Made by a program: the position numbers and the translations under genes. A DNA stretch of 63,997 nt, the filler included, from Basidioascus undulatus (Eukaryota): NCBI GenBank assembly GCA_000826855.1. It is 5 parts of 5 records of this genome, joined end to end, with 100 filler letters (N's around TTAATTAATTAA, not from the genome) between each part and the next. Parts side by side here need not be neighbours in the genome. Positions count along the whole stretch, not along the records: positions 1 to 13,013 come from JTLS01000851.1; positions 13,114 to 26,118 come from JTLS01000852.1; 3 more parts are not named here. One strand, 5' to 3'. The notes under the pieces are model-generated. The model searched no databases. It was not told the DNA's origin and saw only the letters and a list, made by a program, of their open reading frames with translations. How positions within the stretch are numbered: position 1 is the stretch's first letter; the number at the start of each line of letters is the position of its first letter. Positions 1-16,686 of this stretch are shown here, piece by piece.

Positions 1-73
1 GGGAATTGAACCCGGGTCGCCCGCGGTCAGGTTGAATGACAAGCGGATATACTAGCCACTATACTACCAAAGA
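1..73 (-). tRNA. tRNA-Asp (anticodon GTC) with an 11-nt intron at 26-36; 3' end runs off the window
   Basis: Reverse complement reads TCTTTGG TA GTATAGTGGCTAGTAT A TCCGC TT-GTC-A [ttcaacctgac] C GCGGG CGAC CCGGG TTCAATT CCC. D arm, anticodon stem and T loop are canonical, and the intron sits at the 37/38 position. Confidence 0.93.
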
Positions 74-686
74 AGCATGTCTCTGTACTCCATTTTTCGT
101 TCTTCAACCCCAGGCAATTCCCGCGCATCGGCCTCGCTGCCCCGCTTGGCGCCGACGCCGCGCTGACGCACGTCTTCCTTCGAAGCGGCTTCTCGCGGCT
201 CTTGCCTTGCTTCGCTCGACTCGACTCCTGATCGGAACCCGGTCGCCCTTGCCCCCTTCACCCTCACCCTAACCCTCACCATCGGCCTCGCTTGCAATCA
301 GTGGCGGGCCTCTTTCTCTCACCTCTAACTTAGACGCCATTCCTTTCGCTAGACGCAGAGGACACGCACGCGTCTTCTCGCTTCCTTTCGTTGACGGCCG
401 AACGAGTGCCACTCGATTAAGGATCGCGCTCGTTTGACGGTTCTGGTTGTCCGGTGAGTTGGGACGAGGCGATGAACTAAGTGGAATGGTATGCTGGGGT
501 GCGGTAGTGCGGGGGGGATGTGGGCGAGGTGGTGTCGAGTGGCGGAGGGCGGCCGAGGCGATGGAGCATCTTCCTCGAGCCGTTGCTTGCCGAGCTTCAT
601 TGCTACGGCACTCACTTCAAAGCAGACCAACTGACGCCCTTTTCTCTCGCAGCCTGTTCCCTTCCACCCCCCTCCCCTCGCCCAGC

Positions 687-3799
<3,113 letters not shown>

Positions 3800-4237
3800 T
3801 GCGGATTTCGAGGCTTTTCTTTTTGAATACACCCACCCTACTCTGATTTAGTACTTTTGCATCGCATGCATGTAGCAATTTCTGAGCATCGCTGGGAGTC
3901 GTCATCGCGTACGCGTGGGAAAGCTGGAGCCGTCGACAGCCGGCAGGCCCGACCCATGTGCTTTGCCGATGTCGATCCCATCATCGAGGACTCATCGCTG
4001 GAGCTCGAAGACCATTGACTCCAACTCCAACTCACTTTGGAGCGGATATCGCGTGCTGCTTTTTCAGTCTTGTCCATCATCAAGTGTGTGGCCTCTGCTG
4101 CTGCTTTGTCGCCCACTCATTTTTGTTCCTTCCCCGCGGGTGTTCCAGTCGAGTCGTCGAGTCTCTTGTCTGCCTCCGGGGATCTGCGACGTCTTCTCTT
4201 CCCTCACTCTCTCCGATAGACTCCATAGACAAGAAGG

Positions 4238-6295
4238 ATGACCCGCCAGCACTCATGCACGACCCGCGCCACCGAGTACGGCGCAGCGGACCCCGAGGCG
4301 GAGGCGCTGCTGACGGAGGAGCAGCAGCGCGAGGCAGGCATGCTGCCGCGCACTGCGCGCGCACACGAGGTCGGGGGTTCGTGGCTGGAGAAGGAGGGGT
4401 TTGAGCAGGGCGCGCGAGGGCGGTGGAGGAGGGAAGTAGGGAGGATTTGGAGGGAGAATCTTGGGTGTGAGTTGGTGTGGTTTCTGTTGGGTTGAACGCA
4501 GGTGAGGACAGGTGGTTGATGATGGAGGATTGGGAGAGGACAGTAACCCTCATCGTCCTCTCCGCGCTCAACGGACAGTTCATGAACCTCGTCGTAAAGC
4601 TCATGACGCGCGGGTCCGACTCGACAGACCCGTTCGAGATCGTCGCTATCCGGATGGTGAGGGAGAGCGTGCATTTCTAAACCGCTGCTGCAGCGCTCAT
4701 CGCGGCTGTCCGTAGGTGCCGACCTGGTTCATTTGTGTGGGATACATGTGAGTCTAGCTCGGATGATTCAAGTGGGAGCAAGAAGCTAATGGAAACGGGA
4801 ACAGGAAATGGAGACGGATTGAGCACCCCATCAAGGGCCCGCCGGGCGTCAGGCTGCTGCTCCTCACCAGGGGTGCATTCGGGTAGGTCGACAGCCATCA
4901 ACTTGGTTGTTCAAACACATATAAAGTTCATTCTCTCCCAACTTTCCAGATTCTTCGGACTCTTCGGGATGGTGCGCCGCGTCACTTTCCACCTCCGCAC
5001 GCACGCCTTACAGTCCTTTCACCTGGCCTGTACACTGCACCAGTACTACGCCCTGAAATACCTCTCCCTCTCCGACGCGACCGTCATCTCCTTCCTCTCC
5101 CCGCTTATAATTGGTCTCCTAGGCTATTTGTTCCTCAACGAGGTCCGTCCATCCCATCCAACCCATCCCCACTCCTTTTCTCCCCCCTCACATCTTCCCC
5201 ACCATGCAGCCCTACACCCACTCCGAAGCGCTCTCTGCGCTCTTCTCCCTCCTAGGCGTAGTGCTCATCGCGCGCCCGATGGCGCTCTTCGGAGGCGCGG
5301 CCGGAGGTGGAAGGCCGGAGGACGGATTGCCTGTGCATTCGGGGGATGCGGACGTGCATATGAGAAAGGATGCAAGGGAGGGAGAGGGAGAGGTGGGGGA
5401 GATGCAGAGGCTTGCGGCGGTGGGTATCGCGCTTGTTGGGATCGCGTTGGGGAGCTGCTCTTGTGCGTCTTCTTGCGTCGGTAGTTGAGCCGGGGTGGGG
5501 ACTGAAAGACTCACTGCCTGCCGGGCTGCAGGGATCGCCAATCGCGCTATTGGCAAGCGAGTACGCCGCTTCTTTAACACTCTCGACTTTATGAACATCT
5601 CTTTACTGACCCAAAAACAGGCCCACCCCTTCCACCAAGTCTCCTACTTCGCCCTCGCCTGCTTCCTCCAATCCGTGCGTCCTCCCACCCCCCCTTCCCT
5701 CCGCCACTTACCTCCGCTCCGCACCAGTGCCTTGGCATGTTCCTCTTCCAGGTCCCGGTGTTTCCACCTCCGGACTGGGGGTGGGTCGCCGCACTGGCAA
5801 TCATTGTTGTCTTTGGACTGGCCGGGCAGACGCTGTCGACGCTCGGACTCGCCCGCGAAAAGGCGGGGAGGGCGGCGATGGGGTCTTATAGCGGGGTGAG
5901 ATGATGTCATTTTCCCTTTTCTACTAACGAGTGCTGAGGGAGGCATCGGTCAACAGATCATCTTCGCTGCCATATTAGAGCGCGTCGTCCTCGGCGTGAC
6001 GCCCCCGCTGCTCAGCTTCATCGGCTGCGCAATCATCCTTGGGTCGGCCCTGTATGTGGCTGTACGACATCCTTCCCCCATTCCATCCTTTGCATGCTCC
6101 TTCCTCGTTCGATGGCTGAAGAGACTGTGCGGTGAGCAGGTGACCAAGTCGCGCGCGGGCGCAGCGGACGTCGAGGCGCCGAGTACGAAGACCCAAAGGC
6201 ACTCAATCGTGTCTTTAGAAGGATCGCCACGCCCCAGGGAGGAGGCAGGGGGGGTGTTGAGGGATAGTGCTGTGGTCGGGAGATCGAGGGCTTGA
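4238..6295 (+). CDS. EamA/DMT-family membrane transporter (YPL264C/YMR253C-like), multi-exon
   Basis: Exon fragments MNLVVKLM..DPFEIVAIRM, HPIKGPPGVRLLLL, FFGLFGM, YYALKYLSLSDATVISFLSP, ALFSLLGVVLIARP, GLAREKAGRAAMGSY and PPLLSFIGCAIILGSALYVA. Confidence 0.85.
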
Positions 6296-6828
6296 GGTGG
6301 CAGATAGACTGGATGGCGGACGGCGAGTGTACCTGTACGACTTCGCGACGTTCGCTTTCTGATATGATTTGCCAGTTCGAGCAGCAGATTGAAAAAAATG
6401 TGGTAGAGCTGGGAAATGTGGGTAACGCAGACTGTCCGCCCCCTACCCCCTCGTTATTTATCTTGAGGAGGGGCCGGGCATCCCTGGAGAAGCCGACCAG
6501 AGGGTAAATCAGCCCGGCTGCGCTGCGCACTGCGCAGCCGGCGACTCACGAGCTCGCCGACACGTCTATGGAATTCTTGATTGTTGCGCGACATAATGGA
6601 GCTGTCCATTTTTTAATATGTAAAGATCTGTTACTGCGCAGCTGAGGATGGAGGTGGCAGTCGGGCTCGGGATGTCGGGAGCTGTCGCAGCACCTGCGAT
6701 AGGTGCGTCCATTGTGCTTTTAAGTTGGCCAGACAGCGCTACAGTTGACGAGTCGGGCAGGTTTAAATTGCAGTCGAAACAGGATATGGATTGCTTGCAG
6801 GACAAAAGAGTAGGAAAGCAATAAAACA

Positions 6829-6901
6829 AGCCCCACGCGGGGGTCGAACCCGCAGCCTTGAGATTAAGAGTCTCACGCTCTACCGATTGAGCTAGCGAGG
6901 C
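6829..6901 (-). tRNA. tRNA-Lys (anticodon CTT), intronless
   Basis: Reverse complement GCCTCGCTAGCTCAATCGGTAGAGCGTGAGACT-CTT-AATCTCAAGGCTGCGGGTTCGACCCCCGCGTGGGGCT folds into a cloverleaf and is followed by a T-rich tract. Confidence 0.96.
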
Positions 6902-7295
6902 TTGTTGGCTCTTTGTCTGTGGTATATTCCTGGAACTCCACCCCGTTGCCTTGTCCTCCTGTTCCTTTCGTCGCTCCAGCCTTGTACCCTCACCTGCATG
7001 TCCACTTCTTAAACCGACTCCCCATGCACTTTTTGCACATTTTCACATGCCCACGGATAATTTGGGTGATTCCACGATAAAGACCTTCAGCCCTTGCGTC
7101 ATAGCCCCTTTTGCATCCGTCAGCGAGCTTCCAGCCCCTCGGCGCGTCTTCTCGACACGCCTCGCCTGGCGAGTCGCCGCCATCCACCTCTCCTCAGCCT
7201 CCGCAGCCCCAGCCCTCTTGATTTCCTCATGCATCCACCACCATCACCACCACCATCACCACACCCTCATCTCCTCCTCCTCCCCACCCCCGACA

Positions 7296-8910
7296 ATGCG
7301 AGTCCTCCAGTCGCCCCTCGCGCTCTCCCTCTTCTCCGCGCCTGCGGTGCTCCTCGGCCGGCTGGCACGGGACTTTAATCCATACGACTCGCCGACCGCG
7401 CCGGAGCTTGTGTTTCCTGGAGATCTGACGAGGGGCTTGGAATTGGTTTGGGCGCATTCGCATAATGAGTGAGTGGGGGGTGGGAGAAGGTGGAAAGGGA
7501 AGGGTGCTGAGCGCAGGGATGGGGGTGAGCAGTTACTGGCGCGATGTTCCGCTGTACTCGGCCCTTAGTCGAGGGATTATGAGCGTCGAGGCGGACGTGT
7601 GGTTGGGGGGGGAGGGGAAGGTGCATGTGCGTCCTTGCGTCTTGCGTCCCTCTCCCGATCTGGCTGATGAGTGAGGGTGCGCAGGTCGGCCACTCGCGCT
7701 TCTCGCTGAGCGATGAGCGGCGATTCGACAAGTGCGTTATTTTGGCTCTCAGGAGACAGAGGAACGCTGGTTAACGGCGGCAGGAGAGCAGCCTCTACGT
7801 CGACCAACTCCTCCGCCTTCTCAACGCATGCAACACCTTCCCCCAGCTCGAGGTCGAAATGGTCCCCGACTCTTCCTCTCCCCTCCTCTCCGAACCGCCC
7901 TGGGTCCGCTTTCCCTTTCCCTTCCTCACCCTTCCATCCCCTCTGTTCAGGAGGAACTAATCCCTCGGGTGCGCCGACAGAACGGCCTCTTCACCTCCGA
8001 CCGCGCGCAGGCGCTGCAGCTCCTCGTGGACATCAAGACGGCCCCGCTCCCCACGCTGCACGCTATCACCGCCGCGCTCGAGCCGTTGCGCGAGAGGGGG
8101 TGGCTGACTACGTATAGGGATGGGGTTGTGTCGCCGGGACCTGTTACGGTCGTGCGTCGTCCCCTCCCCCCTCTCCCGTACCCCTCTTCCCCTCTTCCAC
8201 TCTCCCCTCTCCCCCTTCCTAGACCACTCCCGACGAATGATGCTGATTACAAACTTTGGCGCGACCGCCAGATCCTAACCGGCTTCGTCCCCCACTCCCA
8301 CCTGGCACCCCTCCGCGAGCGGGACGTCTACGTAGACGCGCCCATCCGCGCGCTGGACTCCCCCTTCATCGGCTCAGACGGGAAGATGTACGAGTTCAAC
8401 AGCACGCTGGCGCCGCTCACGTCCGTCCCCAACCCTTCCCGTCCTCCTCCCCCCTTCCCCTTTTCCCCGTCTCCTCTCTCCCTTTCCCCGATTCATGCTC
8501 TGGAGAAGGTAAAGAAGAGAGGCTGATCGATGAGCGGAGATACAGGTCCGACAACTGGGCGACCCTAATAGGGTGGGATGGCCGCGCCCCCGCGTCTGCC
8601 GAGGTGCTGCGGAAGATCGAGCAGTACTCGGAGAAGGCGCATGAGAGGGGGATGAAGATCCGGTGCGTTCCCTTCTCCCTCCCCTCCTCTTCCCCGCTCT
8701 CCCCCCCCGTTCCTGCTTCCTCTTTCTCCTTCTCTACCTGAAGGAACCGGGAGCTGATGGATGGCTGGGGTGTGGGGGACTGGAAGGAACAGATGGTGGA
8801 ACAACCCCTCCTGGCCGTACTACGCGCGCGACGCCGCCTGGCGCACGATGAGCGAGCGCGGGGTGGACTTTCTGAATGCAGACGATCTGGATGGGGTCGC
8901 TGGGTTCTGA
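7296..8910 (+). CDS. AIM6: Aim6-like PLC-like phosphodiesterase-fold protein, multi-exon
   Basis: [72 protein letters not shown] and GVDFLNADDL match the Aim6p-like GDPD/PLC motif series. Confidence 0.85.
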
Positions 8911-9339
8911 TGTTCTCGTTCGTTCGCGGGTCGTTGCTCTTCTTTCCTTTTCCTCTTTGGATTTTTTCAGGAGGTGGTGGGTCGGGCGCGTGCGGGTGAT
9001 GATTGGTGAGCAAGGGACGGCCGGGGGCTGTCGGGATTCTCGCATGGTTGGTATGAGGATGTTGTGTTTTAGAGAGTAGATCCGACGATACGATCAATCG
9101 CACGCTACTGGATGAGATCTGCACAGCCTGAGATACCGCTGCGTGCTCGGCACGGTCCTGTACACCAAGTCCTTAGGGCAAGCTCCGCTTCCACCAGTTC
9201 CACCTCCCACATCCCTCCCTTGTCTCGCCTTCCTCCGTATCCCCCTCCCGCAGCTGCGCAGAAGAGCGATTGCGAGCAGCGGCGGGCAGTGTTGAAGAAG
9301 CCGTATAGCGTTCTGAGGAGGTAAGGGTATCGGATCTCA

Positions 9340-10280
9340 TCTCAGTGCCAAACAGTACAGACTCTGACGCATGATGCAGAAAATGCGAGCGTACCGAGGG
9401 GGGACGTCGCTGCCGACGTCGACGCAATAGAGAAAATGGCGATAGTTTCAGTCTCCTCCAGAAATTTGACGATAGTCTCGGTATCCGCCCGCCATCCCAC
9501 CCCAACAAGATACACCATGCGCGCCCGGAGCCACTCTTCATGCTCGCCCTCAGCCTCCAACTCCAAACGGTGCTGCCCGCAACGCGCTGGTCAAACCGAT
9601 CGTTGTCTGTGGCCACCATAAGGTTGACTGCAACATGCTCGAGTTTGATGAGAACATCCGTCATCAGCAGTTCAAAATCGGCTTTGGGGAAGGAAGTGTT
9701 CGGAGAGAGGATAAAAATGGCACGTCGCATAGTGAAGCCGCCCTGAGAAACCGTTGGATACCGTCGACCGGAGATCCATCCAGCTCCCAGGTCCACCCCA
9801 CACTTATTACAGCGTGCGATAGAGATGGGAGCGCAAGGATGGCATCAGCAATGCCTGGCTCCCGAAGGTGGTATTCCCAAATGGCTAGATGTGTAAGTTT
9901 CGTGGCAAGTGTGGTCGCGGGAAGAGGCAGAGTCCGCGTCGCTACCCTCGAGGCTCTCGCTTTCAGACGTCTCGTCAAGAAATCCATCTCTGTCGTGGAT
10001 GGAAGCTGCCAAAGAAGAGGAGGTGAAGCCCGAGCCCGAAGAAATCAATGAAGACGACGAAGACACAGACGAGGAAGCTTTGTCGAGCTCTGCGAGGTAC
10101 GCGACGGATGCATTGCACACGCTCATCTCCCAGAAGTCCAAAAGGCGAATGAGAGAGAAGACGAAGTCGTCCGAATCGATTTCGAGGTCTCTATCCCGGA
10201 CCATGCTGGAGCTGGGGATGGCAGGCGGCCGAAACCCGGGGCGAAAAGGGGCATGCTCGAGGCCGGCTGCGCGCATGCCA
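9340..10280 (-). pseudogene. Possible decayed F-box/LRR-type gene remnant
   Basis: Fragments in different frames (TKLTHLAIWEYHLREPGIADAILALPSLSHAVISVGW, IKLEHVAVNL) resemble the LRR-like tails of basidiomycete F-box proteins. There is no continuous ORF and no F-box motif was seen. Confidence 0.25.
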
Positions 10281-12523
10281 AAGACTAGATCTAGACCCTA
10301 CAGCCCGCACACAAGAAGTTTGGGGATCTGTACAAGAGGACTTACGCGGTACGCCCATCACTTCCGCGCAGACCGCGCAATGCTAGTGAGCAACGAGCGC
10401 GGCCGCGGCTACACTCCAGCTGCCCCCGAAGGTGAACTTCGGCAGCCCTGATCCAGCACAGGTGAGACACTCCTTTCACTTTCCTTGGCTCGCAGTCCCT
10501 GCGAGGAGCCTGCGAGCCGGCGGGTTGTCTGCGAGAGAGCGACGATGGAAGGCAGGGACTTCGAAACGAATGAGATGGATGATGTGGAGGAGAAGCTCCA
10601 TCCGCAGAGTTTGCAGAAGGTCGCTGGGTCATGGCTGGATCCAAGTCGTATGAGGGTGAGTATCGGAAGATGGGGGGGTGGGCGTGCTGAACGACGAGCA
10701 GGCCGATCCTCGCCTCCTCGTGGTCAGCCGACAAGGTGTGCCGGGCGGTTGCACCGCCTCTCGTGCGTGCACCCAGCCCGTACGGTCGGCATATTCCAAT
10801 CATTTTTTGACGTATATAGGGTGTCTATATTTAAGAGCGAATAACCATACAACTGCTCCGAGAATCACTTTGCGCACGGTATGGGTTCAGCCACCAACAC
10901 CGCAGGGCTGCACCTGATGGTTGGATGACTTGCAGTCAGTGCGGATTCAAGGAAGCACTCGCCGCATTCGCATTGATTTCAGGAACCGTTTAAGCTAGTC
11001 TTACCAGCTTCTCATGGGCAAGAAAAGCTCCTCTGGGATTGAGTTGTATGCTGCATGTCACAGCCTGTCCGGTACCATCGCACCGTTGCATCAGCGAAGA
11101 GTCCACACCTTAATCTACTCAGTGTATACATGCATCCGTTCAGGTGCTTTGGCAACTGATGTAACCTTAATGTTTATAGTCTATACACATGCGTGCACCG
11201 ACTTCTGTCAAGCAACGCGTCTGAGGCAAACTTGGTAGGCAGGCTGAGAGTTCTGCACGCTTCATAAAAGTGTAGCGGATAATGCTTCAGAAGATGTATC
11301 ATACCAATGTTCATCACCTGTTGAGCATCATGCGAGTCTGAAGTTGACCCTCACACCAAGCTGTGAGTATCCAGCGGCTCAGAGTCTGCCTTCGCGCCCT
11401 GTCTCTTCAGCTTCCTCGAACACGTACACTAATGGCATTTGGTCAAATAGTACTGAAGGCATCAAGGGTGTTTCCATTGCTCATCACAGGGCGTCTCCAG
11501 AGCAGCAGGCCCTGCATCTGAGTGTATCGATTGGTGTGCAACGGTGACCGGTATTTCCCTGCGAGGTCGGCTGCCCTCTACAGTACACATATGAAACCGC
11601 TCTAGAAAAGACCTCTACTTTTGTTTGAGGCTTCGCAGACCTTGAGCCCATCATGGCAGCCCAAATCACACTCTTCAGCAGGTAGGGAGACAAGCTTGTA
11701 TGGCCTGGAGGCGTGAGGAGCTCGGAGATTCTTCTGCTCCACATGTAGTTTTCGGGTGTTTGGATTTTTAATATGCGGTCATGCTAATACTTTTAGGGAG
11801 AGGAAATACGATCATTTGAAGCTTGCGAAGTGTGCAAGAACGAGAAAAAAGAAAGAAGACGCAGCCGCCATTTTCCCACGCTCGCTTGAGCGCCTTTCTC
11901 CCTCCTCTTCTCCTCCCTCTGGCCTTCGTGCGGAAACTCGTCGAACTGTAAGTCTCAAGCCCCACGCCCACTTACACGCCCAGTCCAACGCCGAGGGTAC
12001 GCTCGGGAACGTCCTGCACGTTTTGGGCGATGTTTTGGGACGGAAACGAGCCCGGGGCGGTTGGATTAGGCGGCGGGAGGCGGATGGATGGAGGAGGACC
12101 AGGCTCGGACGGCGAGCTCGGGCGGCGGGACTGGCCCGCTGCCTGGCTCGGGCTGCTGGGGGATGCGCTCTGTGCGAATGGGCGCTCCAAATTGTCTGGG
12201 AAAGGCAAGGCGGTGTGTGGAAGCTGGTGCGGGTGGTGAGGCGGGCAGGCGGAACGATGAGCACGGCACCCCAACAGCGAGGACGCGCTTGCTGACGGTT
12301 TCCCTCTTCTCCCCCCTGCTCCCCATACCCGACCTACTTCCCGACCGCGGTATTATTACCAACTCTGCGACGCCCTCCCTTCGCCGCACCCCGCACGCGA
12401 ACTTCCCGCTCGCTCGCCAAATTTCGAACTCACGCCCCTCGCTCCCTCTACTCTTGACCTCCTCGCTCGCCTCGCCCTCCCGCCCAACTCTTTCGCGCCT
12501 CTCCATTTACGCAGTCCTCCAAA

Positions 12524-13013
12524 ATGGCCGGCACCGTCAAGAGTGCGTTCCTTCGCACTCTGCGCGCCCGCCGCGCCTGGCACGCACGCACGAGCTGACG
12601 AGCTCCCTCCCTCCTCCCCTCCCCTGCCTTCTCTCGGCATGTGAACAGTCCCCATCGTCAAGAAGCGGACGACTAAGTTCAAGCGCCACCAGTCGGACCG
12701 GTACAAGGGCGTCTCCGAGTCCTGGAGGAGTACGTCTCCCGTCTCCCATCTCCCGTCTTCCCATCTCCCGTCTTCCCATCTCCCGTCTTCCCATCCCCCT
12801 CATCCCTTCCCTTCCCGCTCTCTCCTCCCTTCCCGCTCTCCTCCCCCCCCTCCCTCTCCCCCGCCCCGCGACCTTCGTGACTGACATGCGGGCGTGACGT
12901 GCAGAGCCGAAGGGTATCGACAACCGTGTCCGCCGGCGGTTCAAGGGCCAGGCGGCGATGCCCAAGATCGGCTACGGCTCGAACCAGCGCACGCGCCACC
13001 TCCTCCCCAACGG
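12524..13013 (+). CDS. RPL32: 60S ribosomal protein L32 (eL32), 3' end cut by the contig end
   Basis: Spliced exons give [68 protein letters not shown]. Confidence 0.97.
12736..12794 (+). repeat. 15-bp pyrimidine-rich tandem repeat (CTCCCGTCTTCCCAT, three exact copies plus one variant) in an RPL32 intron
   Basis: Directly visible in the sequence. Confidence 0.85.
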
Positions 13014-13113
13014 NNNNNNNNNNNNNNNNNNNNNNNNNNNNNNNNNNNNNNNNNNNNTTAATTAATTAANNNNNNNNNNNNNNNNNNNNNNNNNNNNNNN
13101 NNNNNNNNNNNNN
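13014..13113. other. Artificial contig spacer N44-TTAATTAATTAA-N44
   Basis: Exactly 100 nt, stop codons in all six frames, identical to the three other spacers. Confidence 0.97.
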
Positions 13114-16100
13114 GAGGCTGACTTGTGGGAGAGGGGGGGGGGGGGACAAAAAGAGGAGACGGAAGCGCTCATTGTGCATGCGAGCGACTGGCTCGAGCTC
13201 GACTCGCCTGATGAAGGGATCCGGTTCGATTCGGAGCTGGTGCGTTCGCTCTCCCTCCTCCTCATCCTCCTCATCTCGTTCTTCTGTCCCGTGTCCAAGA
13301 AGGGGAGAGTGACTAATGGGATGGGGACATGCAGGCCCTTAAGCAAGAAGTCGCGTACGCCTCGTACCTCAACATCTCCACCCTCATCCTCCCCGCCCCG
13401 CGCAACAGGCGGCACGTCGCGGACTATGCGCGCGCGGTGAACGCTGCGCTGGCGTCGAGCAACTACATCCAGGTGCGTCTTTCTTCCTTCTCTCCCTTCC
13501 TTTTCCTCCCCCCTTCCTCTTCCTCTGCACCCCTGATGCTGATGGTGGCTGCGAACCGCCCGAGTAGCTGAGCATGCGCGTCCCCGTCTCCGACCCAATC
13601 GAGCTCCGCCGCTCGCGCAACCGCTCCTTCAGCGGGAACAGCGGCGCCCCCGCGTCCCCTGCGGCCGCTGGCGCTCCCCTGACGAGCGTCGCGCTCACGC
13701 CGTTCACGGGCGACCCGAGCAGCACGTGGGAGGTGTGGGACGCGGTGCGCACGCTGTGCGATTATAGCTCGAGGCTGTCGCTTAGTGCGTGTTCTCCTCC
13801 TCTTCCCTGCCACCTTCGTCCGATGAGAGAAGAATGATGCTGGTGCTGATGGATACGTGATGGATAGCACTCGACCTCTCCCAACCCCTCCCCCCCGCCG
13901 CGGCGCTCGCGCGCTGGGCGGCTGAGCCGACAAGACACATCATCCTCCCCGCGACGGCGTTTATTCCGAACGCGAAGGGCTACCCGGTCCTCTCGAAGGC
14001 GTGCCAGGCTTTCCTGAAGGAGGAGATGAAGGTTCGCGCCCTTTTCTTTTCCCCTCAAGCTGTTTTTGGCTTCCCGGGAGGAGCGAGCTGACGGGATGGT
14101 TGCGATAAATCACAGCACCGCCCCACAATCATCGTCACCGGCACGAGCCGCGGGCTGCACCCCTCGGGCGGGCAGACGGCCTACGTCCAATACGTTCGGC
14201 ACCTTGAGAAGCTCGCGGCGGGCCACGACGCCGCGAGCAGCGTCGAGGCGTTCGCGAAGGGTTACATGGACTGGCTGCAGGCGCCGCTGCAGGTGCGTGC
14301 CCCTCCCCCACCCCCCCGGTTGCGCAGGGGAAGAAGACAAGGTTCGCTGATGGGGCGATGGGGAATCAGCCGCTTATGGATAACTTGGAGAGCTCAACCT
14401 ATGAGGTGTTTGAGCGGGATCCCATCAAGTATCAGAAGTATGAGCAGGTGAGTGGACGGGCGGGGTGGAAGCGTCGATGTCGCGTGCCTGACGAATAACG
14501 CGCGCAGGCGATCTACCTCGCTCTGTGCGACCGACCACCAAACTCCACTACGTACATGTGTCTTTCTCATCACCCCACAAACCCAACATGTAATAATCAC
14601 CCACTCTCAACAGCACCATCATCGTCGTCGGCGCCGGCCGCGGGCCGCTCGTGCAAGGCGCCCTGAACGCGATCGCCGCGTCCGCGCACGCCGCGCGCGT
14701 GATCGCAGTGGAGAAGAACCCGAACGCGTTTGTGACGCTGCAGGAGCGCAAGGCGCTCGAGTGGGGCGAGGCCGTCGAGATCCTCTTCGGCGACATGCGC
14801 GAGGTCATCGTCCCCGACAAGGCCGACATCCTCGTCAGCGAGCTCCTGGGCTCGTTTGGTGACAACGAACTCAGCCCGGAGTGTCTGGATGGCGTGATGC
14901 GGCTGATGAAGCGTACGTTCGGTGGGAGAGGGAAATGAAAGGGGGGAGGGAAGAGACGCTGATTGAAGGAGGGGGGGAAGCTGATGGGATTTCGATTCCG
15001 AGCGCGTACACGAGCCATCTCGCCCCGCTCTCGTCCAGCAAGCTATACAACGAAGTGACCGCGACGCAGAGCAAGGACACGCTCAAGCTCGCCGAGACGC
15101 CCTAGTCCGTCATCATCTTCCTTCCCACCTTGTCTTCCGTCCCGCAGCGCCGACTGAAACGGATTCTGTTCCTCCCTGCCCTCGCTACAGCGTCGTCATG
15201 TTTCAGGCTGTTAACACGCTCTCGGGCGACGGGGGCGGCAAGCACGGCCGCTGCGGCCGGCGCGTGCAGCAGTGCTGGTCGTTCGAGCACCCGCGGCGGG
15301 ACATCCCTGTCGACTCGCGCGGTTCGTTCTTCCATCTGCCTCTGCTCTTCTGTTATCCTTCCCGCCTTCTGACTCGGGGTTTGCAACCGCTAGGCAACCC
15401 CCTCGGCAACAGTCACAACACGCGCGCCGCGCACCTCACGTTCCACATCCCGCACGCGGGCGCGCTGCACGGGCTGGCTGGGTATTTTGAGGCGCACCTG
15501 TATGCGGATGTGTGGATCAGCATTGTGCGTTTCGGTCGGATTTTCGGTCGGATTCATAGGTGACAGGCGAGAGGAGGTGGAACTGATTGGCGGTGGTTGG
15601 ACAGCACCCGGAACGGTACGACAACAAGATGCTCAGCTGGTTCCCGATTTACTTCCCGTGAGTTTACTCCTGCCGACGTGCTGCGCTTTTCCGAGGCGAA
15701 GACGCTGACCAATTTGTGCTCCACAGTCTGCGAGTGCGTCCAGATTCCCATACCCAATGCATCACACACCCTGCCGGCTGACGCTGACCGTCTGCTCCCT
15801 CAGGAACCGCTCTACCTCCCCTCCAACTCCGAGCTGGACGTGCACCTCTGGCGCCTCACAGACGGGCGCAAAGTCTGGTACGAGTGGTGCGCCGAAGCGT
15901 TCCTGCCCCTCCCGCCGCTGCCGTCCCCCGCGCCCGCGTCGCCCCTAACGCCCAACACGGGCACGACCACCCTCTCCGCCTCCGTCGTCCACGGCGGCGG
16001 CGGCGCGCATGGGAACATCCCCCCGCCCAGCCCAATGGTCGACGCCGCGTTCCGCGTTCCCCTCCCTGGTGCGCCGGGCGCGGACGACGATGCGTCAGCG

Positions 16101-16175
16101 GGAGAGGGCAGGCTCAAGATCAGCCAGACGAGACTGCACAATCCGAGAGGGAGGAGTAGCTGGATTGGGCTGTGA
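13114..16175 (+). CDS. HSL7: Protein arginine N-methyltransferase 5 (PRMT5/Hsl7/Skb1), 5' end cut by the contig start
   Basis: [140 protein letters not shown] and C-terminal [12 protein letters not shown]. Confidence 0.96.
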
Positions 16176-16686
16176 GGGAGCGGGGAACGGGATGTGACGG
16201 GGTGGGGTTGGGATCCGCTCATGGACGCGGGGTGCTTAGTCTTGTGGGGCGGGGGTTGAATACGGTTAATCTTGGTTGGTCTTATTACATTGCATTGCAT
16301 TATTTTACGTTTTACGGATTCTATTTTGGAAAGTGAGAGCCTTTGGTGAATGGTTGCTGAAGGATGAGTACGGATTGGCGATGAGTGGTCGACGCGTTCA
16401 AACTCTGAAACACTGTGATTCCTAGGTCGTATGGGATCATTAAATTAATATCCTGCTCTGAGTTCCTCTGGTCCTCAGCTAAATTACGGAAGAGCATGTT
16501 CAGCTCAGTCAGCAGGCGCCACGGTAGTCCTGCCGTGCCTCCCAGAATACAGCCTGCCGTGGGCGTTCCAACTGCAAGACGTTCAGAGGGCAGCGGCATC
16601 ATGCGTCGTATCTATGGCGTTCACGCATATGTCTATCGCATCTATGTAATGGATTTGAAGGGAGAGAAAGAAAACAGCATCCAATA

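Noticed and set aside
7236..7262. Poly-His run in ORF 6951-7472
   Set aside because: A (CAC/CAT)n microsatellite upstream of the AIM6-like ATG at 7296. The ORF extension starts at TTG, so this is most likely 5' UTR.
13058..13069. Palindromic TTAATTAATTAA recurring every ~13.1 kb
   Set aside because: Always centred in 44+44 Ns. It is a synthetic six-frame stop linker, not a biological repeat or piggyBac site.
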